52,701 nt of DNA from a virus. Its lineage: Duplodnaviria; Caudoviricetes. Location of the stretch: the IMG/VR virus record IMGVR_UViG_3300042465_005662, positions 1-52,701 of that record. One strand, given 5' to 3'. Every line of letters starts with the position of its first letter. The first letter of the stretch is position 1. Position numbers and translations under genes: made by a program. Of the stretch, positions 44,089 to 52,509 are shown one piece after another. The notes under the pieces were generated by a model. That model made no database searches, was not told the origin of the DNA, and saw only the letters and a program-made list of their open reading frames with translations.

Positions 44089-45045
44089 TTACGACGGCAG
44101 GTTGTTCCAACCGGGGTTTTGCGTGTCATTGACGACCTGCCAGTTTGTAACCTGTGCGTTATCGACATTTTGCCAGTTCGGGTTCTGGGTGTCATCCACA
44201 ACAGCCCAGACCAGCGCCCCGCCGATAGAGATAAAGAGTTGCACGCCAGTCACAGGGACGTTGGCAGTGCGAATTACAGACAAAAGGTCAGCGGCGGTAG
44301 CACTCTCCGACATGACACCAATGACCTGAACCTGCGCAGTCTGTGCGTCAGTTGCCGTAGCAGACTCAGCAACCGTCACAAAGAATCCACGGGCAGCATC
44401 CACAGCATCCGAAGCGGTTGCAAGTTCTGCAATTGCGGCAAGTACAGCGGAAGAGGCGGTAGCCGCATCATTACCTTGAGCCGCTTCGGAGATTGCCGCA
44501 AGAGCCGCCAATTGGCTGGAGAACACTGCTGTAGCATTTGCCTGCTCCGCAAGAGCCGCCAAAAAACTAGCAGCGGCGGAGGGTGCGTCAGTGGCTGTCG
44601 CGGTCTCAGAGATTGCAGCGTTGTAAATTGTGGCCCCGGCAAATTCTTCGGAGAAAACAAACGCCGTTTCACTGATGGACGCAATTGCTGCTATCAGGGC
44701 AGAAACCACATCACTGGAAGATGCGCCTTCGGCTATTGCGGCAAACACCGCCGACAAGGCGCTTGGGGCATCAAGAGCTATGGCGGACTCCGAAATACTT
44801 GAGAGCACATCGGCCCGTGCTACTACCGTCTCAGTACCCGTTGATGTTTCACTCTGCGTTGCCAGCAGGGCGGCAATAACCGCCTGTGTTTCTGCGGCTG
44901 CTGCCGCTTCATCTAAAAGCCCGCCGCGAACGCTAAGGGCATCCGACGAGTCTGCTGCTGTTGCTGAGTCCGCCAGATCGGCGAACACCACTTTGCCTCC
45001 TAGAGAAGCAAAGGGGGCTTGAGCAAAAGTGACATCACCGAACAC
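44089..45045 (-). CDS. Ala/Ser-rich virion protein with about twelve 20-aa repeats and Trp-repeat C-terminus
   Basis: MFG..TFAQAPFASL N-terminus; I(S/A)E.A.A.D periodicity. Confidence 0.7.
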   Translation of the reverse strand: MFGDVTFAQAPFASLGGKVVFADLADSATAADSSDALSVRGGLLDEAAAAAETQAVIAALLATQSETSTGTETVVARADVLSSISESAIALDAPSALSAVFAAIAEGASSSDVVSALIAAIASISETAFVFSEEFAGATIYNAAISETATATDAPSAAASFLAALAEQANATAVFSSQLAALAAISEAAQGNDAATASSAVLAAIAELATASDAVDAARGFFVTVAESATATDAQTAQVQVIGVMSESATAADLLSVIRTANVPVTGVQLFISIGGALVWAVVDDTQNPNWQNVDNAQVTNWQVVNDTQNPGWNNLPS

Positions 45046-45057
45046 CGCACGACCTTA

Positions 45058-45630
45058 TCAGGCTGCGTCGAGCGAGAACTGATAGGTAACGCTCAGGGTG
45101 TCGCCGCTGTCCACGATCTTGTCGCCGCCAGTGAAGTCACCTGCAGAGAACAAGATGCCCGAAGTGCCAGAGTCCACGCTGCACAGAAACGCACCAGCGA
45201 TGGTCTGAGCATTGGCGTTCATGGTAAACGTCGAAGGCGAAGCGGAGTTGGTGATTACCGATGGGTCGGCTGTTGTGGCCGTACCGAACGTCACAGCCTT
45301 GCGGTTGCCTGTGTAGTTGGTGTTCTCAGTCCATGCCTTGGAAGCCAGCGTGTCGGCTGCGGCAAAGGTAGTGCCAGAGCCGGGGCCGGTAACCAGACCC
45401 AAGAACCAAGCTGCCGTGTAACCAGAGCCAGAGAAGTACTTGGAGTTCATGTCCTGCAAGCCTTGATTGACCACCAAGTTGTGGAACGTATCGGACCACT
45501 TCAGGTTGCCAGCAGCATCGCGGCATTCCACGGAGTAAACGCCACCAGCACGAGCACTGTCGGCTCCGGTGGGGCGCATGATTGACGAGGCTGTTACAAC
45601 GTCCTGGGCTTTGCTTTGTTCGGTGCTCAT
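45058..45630 (-). CDS. virion structural protein (NLVVNQG...GDTLSVTY)
   Basis: TAAGGA RBS; tail-associated beta protein motifs. Confidence 0.75.
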   Translation of the reverse strand: MSTEQSKAQDVVTASSIMRPTGADSARAGGVYSVECRDAAGNLKWSDTFHNLVVNQGLQDMNSKYFSGSGYTAAWFLGLVTGPGSGTTFAAADTLASKAWTENTNYTGNRKAVTFGTATTADPSVITNSASPSTFTMNANAQTIAGAFLCSVDSGTSGILFSAGDFTGGDKIVDSGDTLSVTYQFSLDAA

Positions 45631-45639
45631 GATGGGTCC

Positions 45640-46086
45640 TTACGAAATACGCACAATGGCGCTGTTGGCATCGGGGGTTGGGAAAATGATCTGGAAGGTG
45701 TCGTTGTTCACGGTTTTGTCCGAGCCAAAATCCAGCACCGCAACAGACTTGTTGCCTTTGGACAAATTGTAGATCAGTGCACCGCGTGCAGTAAAGGTCG
45801 AACTAACCCACGACGTATTGGCAAAAGACCAAAAGGCAGTAGGCACGCCGCTCAGGTTGTTCCCGGTCGTCGGGGAAACACTCACGGTGAGCGTATTGCC
45901 TCCTGCGATATAGCCTGCGCCCACGACCTCACCTGCTGTCGTATAGGCCGAAGTGGCCTCGCCAATCGACGCGGCAGAGGTGTACAGGGCAACTTTGTAC
46001 GTGTCTGGGGAAACAGGTCCAAAGTTGTGGATGCCTTGCGGCAGCTCTACTTTGAACGATGTGGTCGCAGTTTGAAAGATGGCCAT
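45640..46086 (-). CDS. virion structural protein (SFK.EL..G.HNF...KVALYT...ARGALIYN), paralogue A
   Basis: Family motifs; paralogue of 46102-46524. Confidence 0.8.
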   Translation of the reverse strand: MAIFQTATTSFKVELPQGIHNFGPVSPDTYKVALYTSAASIGEATSAYTTAGEVVGAGYIAGGNTLTVSVSPTTGNNLSGVPTAFWSFANTSWVSSTFTARGALIYNLSKGNKSVAVLDFGSDKTVNNDTFQIIFPTPDANSAIVRIS

Positions 46087-46101
46087 TACCTTCTTCCTGC
46101 T

Positions 46102-46524
46102 TTAATTGACGCGAATGAGCGCGCTTTCCGCGTCATTCGTAGGCAACTGGATTTGGAACTGCTGGCTTAGCACCGTCTGGTTCAAGCCAAAGTTGAGGAC
46201 AGCGATTGACTTGCCTGCTTTGGTCGAGTTGTAGATCAATGCCCCACGGGTGGTAAACGTCGCCGCATTCCAGGTCGGATTGTTGAACGAGACAAAGGCA
46301 ATGCCCAGGCTTTCTGACAACGACACGGTGACACCTGTCAGTATCTCGCCCGTAGCGGTGTACGCCGTGCCCACCACTTCGTTGCTGGAGGTGTACTCAG
46401 GCGTGAGCGGGCCCAGCTCTGCATCGGCGGTGTACAGCGCAATTTTTAGCACGTCTGTGCTGAAGTCGTGCACACCCAGGAGGAGCTGTTCCTTGAAGGT
46501 ATTGGTGAGGCCTGCTGTGATCAT
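46102..46524 (-). CDS. virion structural protein (TFK.QLL.G.HDF...KIALYT...RGALIYN), paralogue B
   Basis: Family motifs; GAGG RBS. Confidence 0.8.
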   Translation of the reverse strand: MITAGLTNTFKEQLLLGVHDFSTDVLKIALYTADAELGPLTPEYTSSNEVVGTAYTATGEILTGVTVSLSESLGIAFVSFNNPTWNAATFTTRGALIYNSTKAGKSIAVLNFGLNQTVLSQQFQIQLPTNDAESALIRVN

Positions 46525-46527
46525 TGA

Positions 46528-47373
46528 TTACCTCACTGGGACCTTGACCTGACCATCCAGGTAAGCATCGCCGCGTTGTTTGCCATCGCCCAAGTTCTTG
46601 AGCAGCAAGACAGCTTCCTTGAACTTGGTGTCGTAGACAGCCATCATGTCCTGCTCGCCCTTCATCCAGGTGTATGCCTCGACAAGAGAGCCGTACAGAA
46701 GGGTGCTGTCAAAGTTGTCCCCCAGCCACGAAGTGCCTGCGGTAACGATTGATTCGGGGTAGTAGTAGAAGTGCAGCTCGGCCTTGTAGCCCAAGTCAGG
46801 TGTTGGCCCCACGATGAAGGTAAGCTCGTTCTCATCATTCGTGGTCGGCCCAAAAATGGCATAGTACTTCGGACGTGACTGGAACCCGGGGTTGGGGTAC
46901 ACCTCGCGGATAAAATTAACGTCTCTGTTTAAAAGGTACGTGTAGTCCCCCTGAAAGCCCACAGCGCCTGACACGGCCCCTGTGTTGGCCAAAGACAGCG
47001 TGACAGTAGTTCCTACGATCAGTGCGACCTGTGCCCCGGTGGCAATTCCTGTCCCGGTGGCGTACATGCCCAGAACCATCCCTGCCGTGCTTGCAACGAT
47101 GATGGTGAACGCTCCTGAGCTACCGGTAGCGGTCGTGCTTGCCTGTGCGTAAATGGCCAAAGAATATGCCGAAAGAAAGTCGTCAGGGCAGGCCAAATAC
47201 TTGTTGCCCGCCGTCAGCGCCCCTGTCACGTTCTTGCGCAAGTTGGCAATCTGCACCGTGTTGTAGATGCGCTGCTCTGCCTGACGCACGAACACCGGTA
47301 TCTCGGCAATAAAGTCGACGTCGGTGTTGTTGGTGTACGCCTGGATGGCGTCGCTTAGGGCGGCGTAGTTCAT
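46528..47373 (-). CDS. head-tail adaptor-like protein with an inserted beta domain
   Basis: MNY..L..AIQ.Y...QAEQRI, PKYYA, PTPD..Y..ELHFYY.P, LLYGSLVEAY. Confidence 0.7.
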   Translation of the reverse strand: MNYAALSDAIQAYTNNTDVDFIAEIPVFVRQAEQRIYNTVQIANLRKNVTGALTAGNKYLACPDDFLSAYSLAIYAQASTTATGSSGAFTIIVASTAGMVLGMYATGTGIATGAQVALIVGTTVTLSLANTGAVSGAVGFQGDYTYLLNRDVNFIREVYPNPGFQSRPKYYAIFGPTTNDENELTFIVGPTPDLGYKAELHFYYYPESIVTAGTSWLGDNFDSTLLYGSLVEAYTWMKGEQDMMAVYDTKFKEAVLLLKNLGDGKQRGDAYLDGQVKVPVR

Positions 47374-47705
47374 GTGATGCTCGTTCTGATTGTTCCCAGC
47401 GAGGTACCTGCCACCAGCTGTCTTGAAGGAGGCATCGGCTGCATACCGATACTAGCAAAGGACGTGTCCGCCGTGAAGCCCACATACACTGTGACGCCCA
47501 TCCGAGCCTCAGGACGGGGCTGATTCAGCGCCTGGGGCTCGTTGATGTTGCGCTTAGGCTCGAGCTGCGGGTGCTTGGGTTCGTAGCACTCATCGCAGAC
47601 CTTAAACCCCGTCCACTCCTTCTTTAAGGAATTGAGCTTGAACCGCTGCCCACACTGGTCGCACAGCGCAATCGCAAACTTGCCTGATGCGTACCCTGCA
47701 GTCAT
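47370..47705 (-). CDS. Zn-finger virion-associated protein (CDQCG...CDEC.EPKHPQ)
   Basis: Two CxxC motifs; coupled ORF. Confidence 0.75.
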   Translation of the reverse strand: MTAGYASGKFAIALCDQCGQRFKLNSLKKEWTGFKVCDECYEPKHPQLEPKRNINEPQALNQPRPEARMGVTVYVGFTADTSFASIGMQPMPPSRQLVAGTSLGTIRTSIT

Positions 47706-48385
47706 CAGTATCCTTCTCTGTACGTGGGCACAGCAAAGTAACTGGAACGCTCGCGGTCTTCTGCTGCCGCCCGGGCAAACTCTTCCTCGTAGTACTGCTT
47801 GAGGATTTGAATCCTGTCAGGAGCCTTCTTGATGGCCAGATAGTAGGCAAGGCCTGCAATCAGGCAAGGCAAGAAGCGGAAGGAGATGTCCGCCGTGTTC
47901 GTAAATGCTCCAGTCTCCTGGATGCGACGAATGGCGTAGTAGCGGAAAATGTATTCTTGCGTGGCGTCCGGAGCAGGGTACAAGAACAGCTTGGCGGGGA
48001 CCGTGCGCTGAACGTAGAACTGTGCAGGGCGCGACGGGGTGTATTTGTTGGGCACATGCAGGTACTCGGCACTGCCAATTCGGTCGATCGTGATGTCCTG
48101 CTGGTTGGAGGTTCCAGCATTGGTACGGATAACCGCGGACAGCGCGTCCACAGTGTCCGCGGGCAGGTCGTACTCGTGCACGTTGGCCGTCAGGATCACT
48201 TGGCGCTGCTCGATCGTCCACAGATTCAGGCCACGGTTGGCCCACTCTGCAAACATCAAATTCAGCGATCGCTGTGCTGTCCGAGCGTCGTAGCCGTCAC
48301 GAACCTGGAGACCGCAGCGCTCATACGCTTCGAGGATGATCTCATCGAAGTCCAGGTTGTAAGCGGAGACGCCGGAAGTGGTCAT
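47705..48385 (-). CDS. head-tail connector / adaptor protein
   Basis: EAYERCG...RSLNL...WANRGLNLW...RFLPCL.AGLAYY. Confidence 0.75.
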   Translation of the reverse strand: MTTSGVSAYNLDFDEIILEAYERCGLQVRDGYDARTAQRSLNLMFAEWANRGLNLWTIEQRQVILTANVHEYDLPADTVDALSAVIRTNAGTSNQQDITIDRIGSAEYLHVPNKYTPSRPAQFYVQRTVPAKLFLYPAPDATQEYIFRYYAIRRIQETGAFTNTADISFRFLPCLIAGLAYYLAIKKAPDRIQILKQYYEEEFARAAAEDRERSSYFAVPTYREGY

Positions 48386-48388
48386 GGC

Positions 48389-48604
48389 TTAGTAGATTCG
48401 GGCAGAACGGGCGCGCGCAGCACCTACACCGCGAACTTGCACACGGTCACCAGTGACCGACTTCTTGACGTTTTGCGTCAGGGTCGTGGCTGTGGGGCCT
48501 GCTGCATCGGAGCCCGAAGCGCTGATCTGGCCACCCTTAGGTACATTCTTCATTGCCACATTGCCCTTGGCTTTGCTTGATTTCATAGCGTTACCGCCTT
48601 TCAT
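48389..48604 (-). CDS. small basic protein (KGG...RGVGAARARSARIY)
   Basis: Fills the operon; start may be 48586. Confidence 0.7.
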   Translation of the reverse strand: MKGGNAMKSSKAKGNVAMKNVPKGGQISASGSDAAGPTATTLTQNVKKSVTGDRVQVRGVGAARARSARIY

Positions 48605-48609
48605 GGTTG

Positions 48610-48855
48610 TTACTTGCCAGCGGCGTCATACGCCCGGATGGCATCAATCTTACGCTCGATCCTGTCAAAACGATCCAACAATTGCTGCATATCGGCGCGA
48701 AATTCTGAGCGGGTGATGTGGTCGCGTGCCACTTCCTCTCGAGTCTTGTTCAGCAAGATGCTGATGCGACCAAGCTCGGCAAACTTTTCCCTAATCACGA
48801 ACCCCAGCAATGCAACGATTGCCGTGAGAACGATGTTCCAGACCATCATCTCCAT
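48610..48855 (-). CDS. small TM + coiled-coil protein (LLNKTREEVA...RIERKID)
   Basis: N-terminal hydrophobic helix, conserved-looking motif. Confidence 0.7.
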   Translation of the reverse strand: MEMMVWNIVLTAIVALLGFVIREKFAELGRISILLNKTREEVARDHITRSEFRADMQQLLDRFDRIERKIDAIRAYDAAGK

Positions 48856-48858
48856 GAC

Positions 48859-49119
48859 TCAGCACTTCCATGCCCGCAGGCTCTTGTTAATACGGCTGTC
48901 CGGATCTTTGGCTGTCTTCTCGCTTGTCAGCTTGCTTTTCATGCCCTCCATCCGAGCACAAAAGGACGCCTTGCGTCCTTTTGCTTCTTTGCTCTTGGGG
49001 GCTGGCGCAGGCGGCTTCAGGTTCATGCCCTGAGCCTTTGCGGAGGCCCGGCCCTTGGCGTTCAAGCCGCCTTTAGGGTTCTTGCCTTCCTTGCGTTGCC
49101 AAGCAGGAGAAGTCGCCAT
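48859..49119 (-). CDS. DUF6321-like small basic protein
   Basis: AWQRKEGKNPKGGLN.KGR...SFCARM...DP.SRIN..LR.W.C. Confidence 0.75.
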   Translation of the reverse strand: MATSPAWQRKEGKNPKGGLNAKGRASAKAQGMNLKPPAPAPKSKEAKGRKASFCARMEGMKSKLTSEKTAKDPDSRINKSLRAWKC

Positions 49120-49121
49120 GA

Positions 49122-49307
49122 TCAGTACATCTTGCAGGGCTTGTTACGGGCTTCACCCACGCCACGCGGGGACGGAGAAGCGTAGGGCTTCTGGTAGTCC
49201 TTGCGTGCGGTTTGCTTAGGACCGCCCTTGGACATGTCCTGCTTTTGAGCACCGGGCTGAACTTCGCCTTGGTACTGGTCGTCTGCCATTTTTGCTGCTC
49301 GTCCCAT
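49122..49307 (-). CDS. small basic protein (KGG...RGVGEARNKPCKMY)
   Basis: TAAGGAG RBS before MGRAAKM. Confidence 0.7.
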   Translation of the reverse strand: MGRAAKMADDQYQGEVQPGAQKQDMSKGGPKQTARKDYQKPYASPSPRGVGEARNKPCKMY

Positions 49308-49317
49308 GATGGACTCC

Positions 49318-49794
49318 TTATCCGTAGAAGATGGTTGTGTGCATGTCGGCAGGGAGAAACACGCGAATGCCGTTGCGCGCAACGATGCCGTCCGCAGGGA
49401 CAACAATGGTGTAGGCGGTTGCATTGGAAGCATCTGCTTGCATCAGCACGCTGTACCATACCGTCACGTTACCGCTTGCCGCGCCACTGTTTGCCACAGT
49501 GACCGTAAATGTGTCAGTGCCTGTGACAGTCACCTGATAGGGATTGTCTGCCAAGTCCCAATCCAAGTACGCCCAGTCCCCTGTTTTTAGACCGTGATTT
49601 GCGGAAGTGATCGTAGCGGTAGTGGTGGTACGAGCATAAGTGCCCGCGGCAGAAACGTCATCCACAAACGTGGTGTACCCTGTGGCACCGGTAAACGGGA
49701 AAATTACCGCGCCTTTTAGTCGCACGCGCCCGCCGATTATCAAACCGGAAACGGAGGCGTGCTTCGATCGTACGTCAAACTGAAACATAATCAA
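49318..49794 (-). CDS. virion structural protein with an inserted HG..TGD beta domain
   Basis: AAAGGAG RBS; DV.S.H...R.RLKG...GI...NGI...TIFYG frame. Confidence 0.75.
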   Translation of the reverse strand: MIMFQFDVRSKHASVSGLIIGGRVRLKGAVIFPFTGATGYTTFVDDVSAAGTYARTTTTATITSANHGLKTGDWAYLDWDLADNPYQVTVTGTDTFTVTVANSGAASGNVTVWYSVLMQADASNATAYTIVVPADGIVARNGIRVFLPADMHTTIFYG

Positions 49795-49802
49795 TCTCCT
49801 TT

Positions 49803-49823
49803 AAAACAGGGGCCGAAGCCCCC
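49803..49823 (-). terminator. intrinsic terminator with UUCG tetraloop
   Basis: GGGGC-TTCG-GCCCC-TGTTTT on the minus strand. Confidence 0.75.
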
Positions 49824-49831
49824 GAGATCAA

Positions 49832-50350
49832 TTAGGCAGTGCGTGTGAACACGTATGCGGTGGCGCTGGAGAACATGATGGTGAATCGTGCCAGACCGGT
49901 TACACCGGAGGCGACGGTCAAGTCACCAAAACTACCAGCAGTGTCCACGGCAGCGGACGACAAGACGCCGTTGACTGCAACAGCAATCGTCACGGTGTTT
50001 GCACCAGCGGTGTTGTCCACGTACAGGTCCAGCACGGTGCCTTGAGTTGCACCCAGGGCTGCGCCCAGCAAAGTGCCTGTAGGCAAAGTGATGGTGGTGG
50101 CGGCTGCCGAAGTGGAAGTGATGTAGCCGGTGGCAACCTGTGCAGCAGTCGCTGTAGCAGTAGCGTTGATCGCAGCTTTTGTGGGGTGGTTCTGGTCAGT
50201 AAAAACCAGGTTGGTGGTTGTCAGGTCAGTGACACTGGTGGCTGTGCCAAAAGTAGCGTCAACAGTGACAGCGCCTGTGGTAGGGCTGACGGTGACAGAT
50301 TGAAAACCGTTCTGCGAACGAACTGGGCCATTGAACGTGGTGCTTGCCAT
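49832..50350 (-). CDS. capsid decoration / minor structural protein (MASTTFNGPVRSQNGF)
   Basis: Directly downstream of the capsid gene; Thr/Ala-rich beta protein. Confidence 0.75.
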   Translation of the reverse strand: MASTTFNGPVRSQNGFQSVTVSPTTGAVTVDATFGTATSVTDLTTTNLVFTDQNHPTKAAINATATATAAQVATGYITSTSAAATTITLPTGTLLGAALGATQGTVLDLYVDNTAGANTVTIAVAVNGVLSSAAVDTAGSFGDLTVASGVTGLARFTIMFSSATAYVFTRTA

Positions 50351-50358
50351 GATGATTT

Positions 50359-50437
50359 CCTCACATGCGATAAGGCGTATCTGTCTGCATGTCGTCAGCC
50401 GGGACTGTCAGATACACCGGAAAACCCCGGAATGAGG
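50359..50437 (-). ncRNA. structured cis-regulatory RNA downstream of the capsid gene, probably Mu-gpT-DE-like motif
   Basis: Four mutually compatible pairings including two pseudoknots, ending at the RBS; position matches the described motif. Confidence 0.55.
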
Positions 50438-50439
50438 CC

Positions 50440-50468
50440 AATATACACCAAAAGAAAAGGGCCCACAA
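50440..50468 (-). promoter_or_regulatory. sigma70-like promoter TTGTGG-17-TATATT overlapping the capsid terminator
   Basis: Canonical spacing; predicted start sits at the 5' end of the structured RNA. Confidence 0.45.
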
Positions 50469-50480
50469 GGGGCCCTTTTC
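50450..50480 (-). terminator. intrinsic terminator after the major capsid gene
   Basis: GAAAAGGGCCC-cttgt-GGGCCCTTTTCTTTT. Confidence 0.85.
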
Positions 50481-50495
50481 ATGTTTTCCGACCGC

Positions 50496-51410
50496 TTACG
50501 CAGCGCCAGGAGAACCGTAGATACCACGTGGGTCAGACCAGCCGAAGCTGTAACGCTCACGGGCCTTGTAACGCACGTTACCGGTGTCGAAGTCGCCTTC
50601 GAAAGCGGTCTTGATGGGCGAACGGTTGAACATCTTCAGGCCGTTAGGCGCGTCGGTGATCAGGAACCATGCATCCACGTCGGTCAGGTAGTGGTTGACA
50701 GCGTAACCTTCGGGAATCAAGCCCATGGACTTGATCGCGTTGATATCGTTGTCAGCAGTGCCAGTGCGCAAAGTGCTCTTCATCAGGCGCTCTGCAGTGA
50801 ACTGCAGTTCCTTAGGAACGATCATCTTGCGTGCTGTCAAGGCAACCTTCAGGCCACGTTCGTCCGTGAACGCCGCGATGTCGATGATGCCTTGCTCGAG
50901 GGATGTCTCGTTCAAGTCAGCAGCAACCAAGGGGCGGTTCGCGAAGTTAGGACCCAAGGCAGTGGGGTGAGCAGTAGACATCAAAGCCACGCCGTCACCA
51001 CCAGCGTATTGACCGCCGGTGAAGCCATTGTTCAACACGGAAGCAGCTTTAACTTGCTTGGTGTTGGCCATGGAACGAGCCAGAGCCTTGGTGTAACGAG
51101 CAGACAGACGGTCGTAGAGGTTGTCCTCGACGGCTTCTTCTGTCAGCGCGAACGCCATAGCGATGGTTTCGTGGGTGTAGCGAGCAGTGAACGATTCCAA
51201 AGCGGTGTCGTATGCCAAGCCAGCACCTTCGGTCTTCACCGGAGCGGAGCCGAAGCCAGTCAACATCACCTCTTCTTCGAACGCACGATCAGATGTCTCG
51301 GTAGAGAAAATCTCTTCGTGTTCGTTCTCGTAGCGCTTGTACTCAATACCGAACAGGGCGTTCAGGCCCGGCTCAAGTTCTTTAACGAGTTGGGAACGGG
51401 TAATAGCCAT
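50496..51410 (-). CDS. major capsid protein (Mu gpT-like annotation family, HK97 fold)
   Basis: MAITRSQLVKELEPGLNALFG...DNLYDRLS.RYTKALARSM...KARERYSFGWSDPRG; highly biased codons; followed by a terminator. Confidence 0.9.
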   Translation of the reverse strand: MAITRSQLVKELEPGLNALFGIEYKRYENEHEEIFSTETSDRAFEEEVMLTGFGSAPVKTEGAGLAYDTALESFTARYTHETIAMAFALTEEAVEDNLYDRLSARYTKALARSMANTKQVKAASVLNNGFTGGQYAGGDGVALMSTAHPTALGPNFANRPLVAADLNETSLEQGIIDIAAFTDERGLKVALTARKMIVPKELQFTAERLMKSTLRTGTADNDINAIKSMGLIPEGYAVNHYLTDVDAWFLITDAPNGLKMFNRSPIKTAFEGDFDTGNVRYKARERYSFGWSDPRGIYGSPGAA

Positions 51411-51412
51411 GA

Positions 51413-52000
51413 TTATGCTCCGTCAGCTGCAACACCGACGCTACCGTACTGGTGTTGATTGAGTTTAACAACGACCACTGCATAGTTGCCCAACTCATTG
51501 TCAGGAACAGCATAGAGGCCAACGATCTTGAAAGTCAGGGCCTGGGTCTTGGCAATTGTGGACGAGTCCAAAGTGCCATTAGAGATGCCGTTGACTGTGC
51601 TACCAGTAGTAGAAGCGGTTGGGTCAGCGTTCTTGCCGATGTCGGCCTGAACAATGTCCTCATCAGCTTGAACCAGGAACAACTGGGAAGGATCGTCCAA
51701 AACTTCGCAATAGATTGCGCCGATTTCGACGTTGATGCTACCGGGGTAGTAGTTCTTCCAAGTCGGCTTGTTGGCACGAGTTGGGTCGTTGTACTGGCAG
51801 CCGTTGAACACGCCGGTGGGGGCAGTGTGCGTGGATGCATCGTACTTAATGATGTAACCATCAAACAGAACGACGAGGTCGCCCTGGAAAATGGCTCCGG
51901 CCTGGTTGTCGGCGATCTCGTAACCGTATTGCTTTTGTGCACCGGTAGCAGAGAGGTTACCCGACGGACGCAGACCAAAAGGCTTGTTGATGTTTGCCAT
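51413..52000 (-). CDS. capsid-associated (cement / stabilising) protein
   Basis: MAN...PFGLRP...IFQGDLV...GVF.GC.Y.DP; directly upstream of the capsid gene. Confidence 0.7.
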   Translation of the reverse strand: MANINKPFGLRPSGNLSATGAQKQYGYEIADNQAGAIFQGDLVVLFDGYIIKYDASTHTAPTGVFNGCQYNDPTRANKPTWKNYYPGSINVEIGAIYCEVLDDPSQLFLVQADEDIVQADIGKNADPTASTTGSTVNGISNGTLDSSTIAKTQALTFKIVGLYAVPDNELGNYAVVVVKLNQHQYGSVGVAADGA

Positions 52001-52026
52001 TTGAATCTCCTACAGGATTGAAGTTA

Positions 52027-52506
52027 TCAGCCTTGCGGCTGACGGAATGTTGTGCGCGAGCTCCGGTCAGGTGACTGGATTCGCATTGAAGAGTGAGCGT
52101 TCTCACGCATCATCTCGTTGTCCACAGCATGCAACTGTTCCTGTGCCCTCTGGCGGAAATAGGCGTTCCGTTCCTCAACAGTCTCGTCGGGAATCTTGGC
52201 AAGCAAGAGTCCACCAACAGAGATCACGCCAGCATGTTTGCCGTCGTCCATCGTGGGCAGTGTCGCGCGGTATTCCTCAGGAATATTTTCGGGGCGAACG
52301 AGTTCGTATCCCTCACGCAGCTTGCTGTACACGTTCTGGTTGTCGAGAGTGCCGTTGATTTCGGAACGAATCCAACGGTACTTGAATCCTTCGGGGGCAG
52401 GTGGTGCATCCAAGCGCGAAGGTGGACGCCATGGCTTGCGACGAGATTCTTTGTCCCGGCTTTCGGCGGAACGGCTGGCTCGATCGATAGTTAGTTTTTC
52501 GCTCAT
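52027..52506 (-). CDS. conserved head-assembly protein (W.PPS.LDAP...YRWIR...REGYELVR...GGLLLAKIP)
   Basis: Between scaffold and capsid genes; AAGGAG RBS. Confidence 0.75.
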   Translation of the reverse strand: MSEKLTIDRASRSAESRDKESRRKPWRPPSRLDAPPAPEGFKYRWIRSEINGTLDNQNVYSKLREGYELVRPENIPEEYRATLPTMDDGKHAGVISVGGLLLAKIPDETVEERNAYFRQRAQEQLHAVDNEMMRENAHSSMRIQSPDRSSRTTFRQPQG

Positions 52507-52509
52507 GAC

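Noticed and set aside
50481-51458. 325-aa alternative-frame ORF over the capsid gene
   Set aside because: Its translation corresponds to the antisense of the biased capsid codons; no independent coding signal
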